Shown here piece after piece: positions 8,141 to 15,860 of a stretch of DNA of 24,000 nucleotides. Where the stretch lies: the NCBI GenBank assembly GCA_038245435.1, contig JBBRSL010000006.1:1-24000 (forward strand), given 5' to 3'. Position numbers and translations under genes: made by a program. Source of the stretch: Candidatus Saccharimonadales bacterium (lineage in GTDB: Bacteria; Patescibacteriota; Saccharimonadia; Saccharimonadales; CAIOMD01). The number at the start of each line of letters is the position of its first letter. The stretch's first letter is position 1. The notes under the pieces are model-generated. The model made no database searches, had not been told where the DNA came from, and worked only from the letters and a program-made list of their open reading frames with translations.

Positions 8141-11100
8141 TTATGCCTTTGCCGGTTGTGCTGAACATTGCATATAATCTTTGCCGCCATTTACATATGT
8201 AAGTGGATTCAGTATTTTTCCAAGACCCATTTGGCTGTATTCAAAGACGTTAGGATCGGTTGTAATGCCGAAGTGGAGGTGAGGCGCGGTAGCTCCAACA
8301 GAGCCTGTTTTGCCGATTACATCACCTTTTTTCACTGATTGCCCCGGCGTTACAGATATTGAACTTAAATGTTCATAGACTGAGTAAAGGGCGTCGCTGT
8401 GCTTGATTTTTATAATACCAAAGTTGCCTCCAACATTGCCGTACACGGTTCCGTCGGCAATTGCTATTACGGGCAAAGGAGTCCTTGCGCGTAAATCTAA
8501 ACCAGGATGTAGCCCCTTGCTCAGTGGCTGGGCAAAGCAAGAGTTTATAGTGATTGTTCCATTAAGTGGCCACACCCAGCCTTGAGTTGCGGGTACTCCC
8601 GCTGCTGTACCGATATTATTAAATGCAGCATATAGTTCGGGCTGTATGTTTATGAACCCGAGAGCCTTGCATAAATCAGGTGTTTCGCGGGCACATGCTC
8701 CACGGAAGTCGTTTTTACGGTCGGTCGCATCTATGTGGAGGTGTGCAATACCGTCACCCTGCGCAGCACCACCAGACGTAGCAATGATTTGTCCCGACGT
8801 TACTTTATCACCTTCTTTTACTTTTTGACTGTTAGGCTGCAAATGACCATACCAAAATACAGTTCCCTTGCCAATACAAGTGAGCTTGGTACCAGTATCG
8901 TCGCAGTCATTCGCTTTAATAGTTATGAGCGCTTCTGTTGCGCTACCGGCTTTATTTGGTGAACTAGGCTTTACGTTTACAACAACTCCATCAGTGGCAG
9001 AGACGACTGGGACACCGGCTTTTACAAAGATATCCGAAGCATAATAGCCGTAACTTTCGGTACCATGACAAGTAACGTCTTGAGTCTTGTAGCACCAAGC
9101 AGGCTTATTGCTTGTTATGGTATCTTTATTAACTTGTAGCGGAAATATAAAAGGGCCAAACCGACTAGCCGTTGGAGACGTAGTTGAGCCATCAGAACTG
9201 CTATCTGAACCTCCCACCTGGTCGTTGCAATAACCGTTATCTAGGAAGTCATTAGTGCATTCTATAATACCTGTATCAAGTCTAAAAGCGCGGAAGCGTT
9301 CATGAAGACCAATCCGCACCGTTGGAGTATTGCTGGCCGCTGTTGCTTTTTGGGAGAATAATTTGCTAAAGAAACTTACCGTACTTGTGTTGCTATTGGC
9401 CGGATTTGCAACATACCCAGTTGTGGTACCAGCGTCGAAACATTCTGATGTGAATTCACTTACGTAGTCACCTTCGCTAAATAAAACACTGACTTTATCG
9501 CCTTGGGTACCATCTTCGTCGTTAAAACAAAACTTTGTATAGTCGGCAAAAACGCCAAGTGGCTTACCGTCACCGTCAACATAGCCGTTATCTTGCATCC
9601 AAATCATGTTTTCTATCGGGTCTATTTTATCGAGCTCATCATCTGTGTTGCCCATAATTGGGTTACAAAAACCATCGGTTTGAATATTGTTAGCTACAAT
9701 GTCTTCATCGGTACAAGCTGGGGTTTCTTGGCTTGCGGCTTTTGCGTTCAAATTACCAAAACTAAACAGTGATTTTGGAATACTAGCAATCGTGCCAATA
9801 ATGCCCTTATTTTGTATCATAGCCACACCACTCATACTTTTATAAGCAACGGAGTTTTGGTTTTCGCTACTTAAGATTTTTTCTTTTAAGGGTAGCGCAT
9901 TAAATTGAGTGGCCTGGTAAGCGAGATATTCTTGTTTTTGAGCGGTAAATTGGCTTTTTGTGAGTGGTTTAAAGCCGCGTGAACTAGCATTTAAGGCTGT
10001 CATTGTACCAGCACCAGATGAAAAGGCATCGCCCATGCGCTCACCTTTTTCTGCGCCACTTACAATGGTGCCAGTTGCCGCTTTTACGCCAAGCTGTGTG
10101 GCGTAGCCAATAATAAACTGTTTGCCGAGTTCAATTGCGGCTTGTGCTGGAAGTTTAGCGGCCGCTTCTGCACCACCGGTAAAGATGGCGGCACCAATAC
10201 CAAGAACCCCACTCCCTACCTGGATAAATGGGTTATTAAGGGTACCGCAAGTTGTTTTTACATTGCTTTTACCGCCAACAAGCCCATAGAACTTATCTAA
10301 AATATTTTTAATTTCACCGCTTGTGCCACCACTTGAATTATACGTAGTAGTGTAGGCGCCCGTTACCTGTTTATGGGTACTTAATGTTTGCCAACCAGCC
10401 GATGCAAAGAAGCTTTTACCTGTTTCTGGGTCGGGCTTATTCATTGCTGTCATCATCTCGTTGAGTGATTTACTATCAACCTTACCTGCTTTAAGGCCAT
10501 CAGCCATAGATAATATTAAAGAGGAATACTTAGCGAGTTGGAGTGCTTTTTGGACTCTCGAAACTTTCGATATAGTGTTAGCCGCCGAGATGCCTTGGCA
10601 GGCTCCATCAATTGGGCCGGTGATTTTTATAACATTGAGGATGCCTTCTGCAAAAGCCTTACCGGGCTTAATTGCCAAATCCGGTGATTGTGGATTACCG
10701 GCCAGTGGTGCTGTTTCTGTACCACTATTAGCAGCTGCATACTCCTCTTGAGCGGCGGCATCAATCCCATCTGCTAGTTCGCCGGCAGCAGTATTTGCTT
10801 TTTGACCTGCTGGATCGGCCGTACCATCCTGTTTTTTATCGGGCACTGGGTCTACTTGGCCGTTTGCGAGCACTGGCTTGTTCATAGTATCGCGTATTTT
10901 TTGTTTTAATCGTTCTTCGGCGCTCGCCAGCTTACGGGTGGCAGCGTTATCTGACCACCATTTTCCGCGTACTAGCCCGTAGCGAGCATACATCTTTGAA
11001 GTTTGCTTGCTTCGCCACAGTGCCGTTTTTGCCGGGTACACGTCATTCATGGCTGTTCTGAGCGCAGAGCGTCGCTGCCATAGACTATCGCCGTCATTAA

Positions 11101-11761
11101 TCACTTTACCGTCAGGACCAATAATTTCTTTAAACCTACCAGTGTAGTTACCGTTTGCATCGAGCTCCGGTTTTATTTTATAGCCACGTGTTTCAAGATC
11201 AGCCACTATTTTGGTCGACTTACGATTTTCTACAAATGAAAACATTGAACCACGCGCTTTATAGCCGTCGAGTTTTCCGTCTCTAAAAAAGTACGCACGC
11301 GTCATTATTCGCATGCGCCGTTTATCCATTACTTGTTCTTGAACACCGCTGAGTTCTTGTACGGCGACTTCTTTGATGTGCAAAAGTTCGAACGGTAAAA
11401 ATGCGCTAAAACCAGCGATAATAGCGATAATAATAACACCCACAATACCACCGCCAATGCCAACGCTTTTTTTGTTGTTACCAACGTTCGCGTAAAAGCG
11501 CGAAAAGGCCCCTTTAGCAATAGCGGCTGTTGGGTTATACATATCGGTCGGTTGAATAGGCGGTTTTAGGGGAGATTTACCCGGGCTAATTGAATCGAGT
11601 GCAGATTGTTCTTTGCTTTTTGAAGGATGACCTTCGGGATATTCTGCATCTTTTGCACCAAAAGAATCTTCGAGCCCACGTATATTGTCAGCTGTTGAAT
11701 TATCTCCGTCGTTACCTGGAGTAGATTGCTCTTTTTCTTTTTCTTGGTCGTAAACCGACAC
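8141..11761 (-). CDS. Large membrane-anchored protein with two C-terminal M23 (LytM-type) peptidase domains; putative T4SS-associated peptidoglycan hydrolase
   Basis: 1206 aa, starting at GTG 11761 with AGGGG 8 nt upstream. A ~100-aa acidic, low-complexity N-terminus is followed by a single TM helix (GIGGGIVGVIIIAIIAGFSAF) and ~750 aa of unassigned ectodomain. M23 domain 1 reads GYYASDIF...GIAHLHIDA, with AHLHID encoded at 8729-8746. M23 domain 2 has canonical GLHPGLDL ... YEHL ... APHLHFGI, with HLHFG encoded at 8267-8281. Confidence 0.8.
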   Translation of the reverse strand: MSVYDQEKEKEQSTPGNDGDNSTADNIRGLEDSFGAKDAEYPEGHPSKSKEQSALDSISPGKSPLKPPIQPTDMYNPTAAIAKGAFSRFYANVGNNKKSVGIGGGIVGVIIIAIIAGFSAFLPFELLHIKEVAVQELSGVQEQVMDKRRMRIMTRAYFFRDGKLDGYKARGSMFSFVENRKSTKIVADLETRGYKIKPELDANGNYTGRFKEIIGPDGKVINDGDSLWQRRSALRTAMNDVYPAKTALWRSKQTSKMYARYGLVRGKWWSDNAATRKLASAEERLKQKIRDTMNKPVLANGQVDPVPDKKQDGTADPAGQKANTAAGELADGIDAAAQEEYAAANSGTETAPLAGNPQSPDLAIKPGKAFAEGILNVIKITGPIDGACQGISAANTISKVSRVQKALQLAKYSSLILSMADGLKAGKVDSKSLNEMMTAMNKPDPETGKSFFASAGWQTLSTHKQVTGAYTTTYNSSGGTSGEIKNILDKFYGLVGGKSNVKTTCGTLNNPFIQVGSGVLGIGAAIFTGGAEAAAKLPAQAAIELGKQFIIGYATQLGVKAATGTIVSGAEKGERMGDAFSSGAGTMTALNASSRGFKPLTKSQFTAQKQEYLAYQATQFNALPLKEKILSSENQNSVAYKSMSGVAMIQNKGIIGTIASIPKSLFSFGNLNAKAASQETPACTDEDIVANNIQTDGFCNPIMGNTDDELDKIDPIENMIWMQDNGYVDGDGKPLGVFADYTKFCFNDEDGTQGDKVSVLFSEGDYVSEFTSECFDAGTTTGYVANPANSNTSTVSFFSKLFSQKATAASNTPTVRIGLHERFRAFRLDTGIIECTNDFLDNGYCNDQVGGSDSSSDGSTTSPTASRFGPFIFPLQVNKDTITSNKPAWCYKTQDVTCHGTESYGYYASDIFVKAGVPVVSATDGVVVNVKPSSPNKAGSATEALITIKANDCDDTGTKLTCIGKGTVFWYGHLQPNSQKVKEGDKVTSGQIIATSGGAAQGDGIAHLHIDATDRKNDFRGACARETPDLCKALGFINIQPELYAAFNNIGTAAGVPATQGWVWPLNGTITINSCFAQPLSKGLHPGLDLRARTPLPVIAIADGTVYGNVGGNFGIIKIKHSDALYSVYEHLSSISVTPGQSVKKGDVIGKTGSVGATAPHLHFGITTDPNVFEYSQMGLGKILNPLTYVNGGKDYMQCSAQPAKA

Positions 11762-11765
11762 GAAA

Positions 11766-11790
11766 TTACCCCTGTTGTTTTCAGGGGTAA
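11766..11790 (-). promoter_or_regulatory. Perfect 9-bp inverted repeat (RNA hairpin) covering the SD of the M23 gene; an extended -10 lies immediately upstream
   Basis: The minus strand reads TGGTATAAT (plus coordinates 11790-11798). It is followed by TTACCCCTG-AAAACAA-CAGGGGTAA (11790 down to 11766), then TTTCG, then GTG at 11761. The 3' arm contains the AGGGG SD-like element. Confidence 0.45.
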
Positions 11791-11843
11791 TTATACCATT
11801 TTAGTTATGCTAATTAAAATAAAAAGAGCGTATTTTCAAAATA

Positions 11844-13745
11844 CTATCTGTAATTTATTTCGCCAGCGCCAGAGCCATTGAGTGGAATCTGTCCTTGTTG
11901 TTCGATGGCTTTGACAGCATCGGGATTCGTCGTGATAAGATTTGTTTCGCTTGGGCTCGGCGTAATTTGAATGTGCACGTGGTTTTGGCCGGCAAAAAAT
12001 AGCCCTTGCCCAACCGGGAACTGGCTAAGGCGCTTACGCTCTTCACTCGTGAGCTTGAAAACGTCTGCAAGCACGTCAACGGCCGATGGGGATTGCTTAA
12101 GAAGTAGCTGCATACTGGCGTTTGCCACGATAGCTCGACCCATGCGTGAACCCATAAAATCCTCAACGTCTTGTGTGATTGTTGTAATACCGAGGTTATA
12201 CTTACGTGCACGCTTAGCAAGGCTAAAGATAAAGCTGGCGCTATCTTCGTACTTCATAAACTGCCAGGCCTCATCGATTGCTAAGATGCGCTTTTTCTTA
12301 TCGCTTTTAGTTTTGTTCCAAATAAAGTTGAGGACAATATACATAGCAACTGGGCGGAGCTCATCTTCGAGATCGCGGATATTGAATACCACGAAAGGAT
12401 TGTTAATGTCGATGTTACTTTGCTGGCTAAAGACGCCCGCAAAGGTACCAGTAGTGTACTTGCGAAGCCGTTGAGCAAGCTGTGGACCGGTGCCGCCCAT
12501 ATGTAGGAGCGTGTCGTATAAGTCGCTAATAGTCGGGGGTGGCGATGTGTGGGTTAGCGGATCGTTCGTAATCCCGGCTTTGGCGTACGTTTCAATAAGC
12601 GCTGCGTCGAGGTCAGATTCTTCGACAGGGCTGAGTGCCGGCATGGTTTGACTAGAGTTGCCCTGCATCTGTGCCTGGGCACCACCCATCATAAGCCTAA
12701 ATAGGCCATGAAGTGTAATAAGGTTACTTCGCAGCGCGTTGTCGGCTTCTTCGGTGTCGACAACTTGTGGTAAATCAAACGGGTTAATGCGCGTTGGCGA
12801 GTTGAGGCTGAGCTTAACGTATGCACCACCAACAGCTTCACATAATCGTTGGTATTCATTTTCTGGGTCGAGTACGAACACTTCTGTGCCGGTCATAAGG
12901 CTACGTAAAAGCTCTAATTTAACGGCAAAACTTTTACCGGCACCAGACTTAGCAAAGACAACGCTGTTGCCGTTTTCAAGGCTGAAGCGGTCGAATAAAA
13001 CGAGGCCGCTATTGTGCATATTAATACCATACAAAATGCCGTGGTCATCTGTTAAATCGGCACTTGTAAACGGAAAGCTGGTACTGATTGCGCCAGTGTT
13101 CATGTTGCGGCGAATCTGTAGTTGATCCATAAACTGCGGGATGGTGCTGTTTAGTCCTTGCTCTTGTTGCGCGCTCGCAGGCTTTGAGTACACAAGCTGT
13201 TGCCCGAGCATGGATTCAATCTTATGGCTGACAAATTCGAGCTCGTCCATGCTGGTACCGTAAATGGTGAAGTATAGACCAAACCTAAAGAAGCGCTCTT
13301 CGCCTACCTGGAGTTTATCGCGCATTTCTTCGGCATCGATAATAGCTGCTTGCTTGCCTGGGTCGCGAACACGACCTTTTTCGGCATCAATCTGTAAACC
13401 AGCTTCGAGCTGTCCGACCTTTTTGCGTAAATTTTCGAGCACGACTTGGCTTTCTACGGGGTACACATATATAGACATGTCCATAACTTCATCAATATTG
13501 ACGAGGCCGCTTAACCAGCCAGTGTAAATTTGGCGAGGATAACCATAGACATAGTATGTTCGTGCAAAACGTGTACCGATTTGAAAGTAACTACTGCTAA
13601 ATTCGATACTACTTGGCGCAATAAAGTCACGGAGCGCGGTAACGCCTTTTTGAAAGGCAGCATGCACTTCTTGTTGCTCTCGCTGGCGTTGCTGCTCTGC
13701 TAAAAGCACTGGGTCGATAGGCTGTTGTTTTTTACCAAATGCCAT
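11844..13745 (-). CDS. virB4: VirB4/TrsE/PrgJ-type type IV secretion ATPase
   Basis: 633 aa. Walker A VVFAKSGAGKSFAVK is encoded at about 12930-12950, where the reverse complement reads AAG TCT GGT GCC GGT AAA AG. Walker B is KRILAIDEAWQF. It also has ITTITQDVEDF and a C-terminal QFPVGQGLFFAG..HVHIQI, typical of VirB4-family ATPases. The N-terminal domain reads APSSIEF...RTYYVYGYP...GWLS. An AGGGG SD lies 10 nt upstream of the ATG. Confidence 0.9.
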   Translation of the reverse strand: MAFGKKQQPIDPVLLAEQQRQREQQEVHAAFQKGVTALRDFIAPSSIEFSSSYFQIGTRFARTYYVYGYPRQIYTGWLSGLVNIDEVMDMSIYVYPVESQVVLENLRKKVGQLEAGLQIDAEKGRVRDPGKQAAIIDAEEMRDKLQVGEERFFRFGLYFTIYGTSMDELEFVSHKIESMLGQQLVYSKPASAQQEQGLNSTIPQFMDQLQIRRNMNTGAISTSFPFTSADLTDDHGILYGINMHNSGLVLFDRFSLENGNSVVFAKSGAGKSFAVKLELLRSLMTGTEVFVLDPENEYQRLCEAVGGAYVKLSLNSPTRINPFDLPQVVDTEEADNALRSNLITLHGLFRLMMGGAQAQMQGNSSQTMPALSPVEESDLDAALIETYAKAGITNDPLTHTSPPPTISDLYDTLLHMGGTGPQLAQRLRKYTTGTFAGVFSQQSNIDINNPFVVFNIRDLEDELRPVAMYIVLNFIWNKTKSDKKKRILAIDEAWQFMKYEDSASFIFSLAKRARKYNLGITTITQDVEDFMGSRMGRAIVANASMQLLLKQSPSAVDVLADVFKLTSEERKRLSQFPVGQGLFFAGQNHVHIQITPSPSETNLITTNPDAVKAIEQQGQIPLNGSGAGEINYR

Positions 13746-13808
13746 TATTTTTTACCCCTGGCAAAAACTGGACGCTGGAAAACGCCGAAAGGTAAGCACT
13801 TCGTGACT

Positions 13809-13842
13809 AATCCAGCGTCTAGAATCCAGCGTCTAGAATCCA
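13809..13842. repeat. Tandem 14-bp direct repeat (2.4 copies) with an inverted partner at 13771-13779
   Basis: AATCCAGCGTCTAG occurs at 13809-13822 and 13823-13836, with a partial copy AATCCA at 13837-13842. GACGCTGGA at 13771-13779 is the reverse complement of the TCCAGCGTC core present in both copies. Confidence 0.9.
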
Positions 13843-14715
13843 TCATGATAGTTCCCTGTCGAGGTTTGGTTGGTAGGCTTGGCCAACACCTTTAGTTACG
13901 ATAGGCGCTGCTAGGTCATCAAAGTTTTTAAGCGGTTGCCGTGTTGCGGTATCGGGGTTGTAGACATCGTAGTAAAGTTCAATAAGTTCTTGAGTATCAA
14001 GTGGTAAGCCCTGTACGCCACATTGCATGAGGCCGCTGAGTACGAGCTGTACGCGATTACGAAGCTCTGTTTTTGCTGCTTCGAGTGTTGCTTCGTTAAT
14101 AGTGACGGATGCCTCTTTCTTGCCAAACGCACTACCAAAGAAGCTTTTGCTTGCCTGCACGGCTTTTTGGGCGTCAACTGTCGGAAAGAACGGAATAACT
14201 ACATAAAACTTTTTATCCATAATATTAGTTTGTTGAGCAAGGTTATCCATGTACACGATGTAATCTTCCATAAGTAAAGCAAGTAGCATATTATCGTGCT
14301 CTGCACGGATTTTATCGAGCTTTTCAAGGTATGGGCCTAAATCAACACGCGATGAGTGTACGGAAATCTGAATTTCGAAGTAGAGCGAGTTTAGGAATCC
14401 TTGGTATGCGTATTCGACACCGTCGCGTTCTTGCGGGCTCATAAGATCGAAGTTAATACTTTTAACCATTACGACACTCCGGAACGAGCCATCATTCATA
14501 ATAACGACACCGTCGCGAATTTCACTGATAAGCAAAGTGTTCTGTGTGCTGTTTGGGTTACTCTTTGGCGCTAAGCCTTGCGCTTGTGGTACAACGCCAG
14601 GTTGTTGTGGAGGATATGCGCCTTGAGGGACGCCTGCAGAAAATTGTTGCGGCATTGCGCCCGGCTGTTGAGCATTTGTTTGAGACTGGTAGTTTGGTTG
14701 TGTGTTTGGATCCAT
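13843..14715 (-). CDS. Hypothetical soluble protein: P/Q-rich N-terminus followed by a domain resembling the N-terminal (non-ATPase) domain of VirB4-family proteins
   Basis: 290 aa with no TM segment. Residues 1-60 are P/Q-rich (MDPNTQPNYQSQTNAQQPGAMPQQ...). The segment LLISEIRDGVVIMNDGSFRSVVMVKSINFDLMSPQERDGVEYAYQGFLNSLYFEIQISVHSSRVD follows the pattern seen at the N-terminus of Gram-positive VirB4 homologues. The following KKFYVVIPFF follows the same pattern. No Walker motifs are present. Confidence 0.6.
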   Translation of the reverse strand: MDPNTQPNYQSQTNAQQPGAMPQQFSAGVPQGAYPPQQPGVVPQAQGLAPKSNPNSTQNTLLISEIRDGVVIMNDGSFRSVVMVKSINFDLMSPQERDGVEYAYQGFLNSLYFEIQISVHSSRVDLGPYLEKLDKIRAEHDNMLLALLMEDYIVYMDNLAQQTNIMDKKFYVVIPFFPTVDAQKAVQASKSFFGSAFGKKEASVTINEATLEAAKTELRNRVQLVLSGLMQCGVQGLPLDTQELIELYYDVYNPDTATRQPLKNFDDLAAPIVTKGVGQAYQPNLDRELS

Positions 14716-14756
14716 TAAACGTTTGGTGTATCGCGTTTTGGCGATACGGTTCCACC

Positions 14757-15860
14757 CTAGTGCTGAATGCGAATCTCGCCCTCGTTCTGGTTAGCTTTTA
14801 TCTTATTTTTGGCCATTCCAGAAATCGTGTCGAGCTTTAAATCTCGCGCATTCTTTGCAAGTTCTATATTAACAGGGTTTGGCGGGGGTGTCACCGCTTG
14901 TGCTTTAGCAGCTTCTGCTTTTTGTTGTTCTGCGGCCTCTATAACTAGTTCTTCGGGCGTTTTAATTGTTTTGTGGTGAGGGTTTCGGTTTTGAGTTGCG
15001 ACTAGTTTATCGTGGTGAATTTTGTCGAGGAGTGCTTGCTCTACTGTGTCAATTGGTTTTTGTGTTTCGTCTAAGTAGCTTTCGGCCGTAGTCGGCTGTG
15101 CAGGTGTAACTATAGGGTCAGCAGCAAACACTGTTTGCCCGGTAGCTACCGGTATACCGGGCTTTGTGATAAATGAGTAGTCAACTGGTGCTTGTTGAGT
15201 GCTTGCGCTGCGGGCTGCTTGCATACGAGCTATAGCAGCATCTTTTTGTGCTTGGCCACTTGCTTGCACCATTTGCTCAAAGTGTTGAGCTGTTGGATTG
15301 TTCGCTGCATCTAAAATATCATCTGCGGCTGTTATGGCTATGTCGGGGACCGATTGCGGCATACTTGTCGGATCTACGAGCCTATCGCTCGAAAAGCTAT
15401 CATATGCAGGCACAGTCGCAAGATTAACATTGGCCTGCTTAATCGCCCAACCACGGCTGTCTATGGTATCTGCGAGTGCATTAAGCCTATTGCGAACCTC
15501 TTGTTGTGTGAGACCATCAGTATAAATGTGCTCGAGCTTTTTTGGTACGGTAATAGTCACAAGTTCTTTGAGGCCGGACTGATCCCAGATACGTTTGCGT
15601 GGTTTTAAAAAGAATCGTATTTGCGCTGCCAGCCAAATTTCGGTTGGTTGGTCGCGCCCTAGCGGTGCCGCTAAAATTGCCGGCACTAATATAAATGGAA
15701 TAAATGGTATAGCGGCATAAATGGTTGTTTTGCTAGCAACTAAAAAAGCCAAAAACGTGAGACCTGCCGCAGTACCAGCAAAAATAAACTGCTTTAAGCT
15801 GAGCGGCCCAAAAAGCTTATCGTCTGCTTCTATATCTTGTATTACTTTATATGTGCCCAC
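14757..15860 (-). CDS. PrgI-family/VirB3-like T4SS membrane protein with a long A/Q-rich C-terminal extension
   Basis: 367 aa, with GTG start at 15860 sharing one base with the upstream TAG (TAGTG). The N-terminus MGTYKVIQDIEADDKLFGPLSLKQFIFAGTAAGLTFLAFLV plus a second TM helix (IPFIPFILVPAILAAPL) matches the PrgI-family pattern. Confidence 0.6.
   Translation of the reverse strand: MGTYKVIQDIEADDKLFGPLSLKQFIFAGTAAGLTFLAFLVASKTTIYAAIPFIPFILVPAILAAPLGRDQPTEIWLAAQIRFFLKPRKRIWDQSGLKELVTITVPKKLEHIYTDGLTQQEVRNRLNALADTIDSRGWAIKQANVNLATVPAYDSFSSDRLVDPTSMPQSVPDIAITAADDILDAANNPTAQHFEQMVQASGQAQKDAAIARMQAARSASTQQAPVDYSFITKPGIPVATGQTVFAADPIVTPAQPTTAESYLDETQKPIDTVEQALLDKIHHDKLVATQNRNPHHKTIKTPEELVIEAAEQQKAEAAKAQAVTPPPNPVNIELAKNARDLKLDTISGMAKNKIKANQNEGEIRIQH

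Noticed and set aside
11855-12478. Alternative-frame ORFs inside virB4 (11855-12220 minus, 11971-12474 plus, 12281-12478 minus)
   Set aside because: They are nested in the VirB4 frame, which carries Walker A/B and C-terminal family motifs. They have no independent support.
13809-13842. Possible CRISPR-like or mobile-element terminal repeat
   Set aside because: There are only 2.4 directly abutting 14-bp copies with no spacers, and no cas or transposase genes nearby. It is treated as an intergenic regulatory or structural repeat instead.
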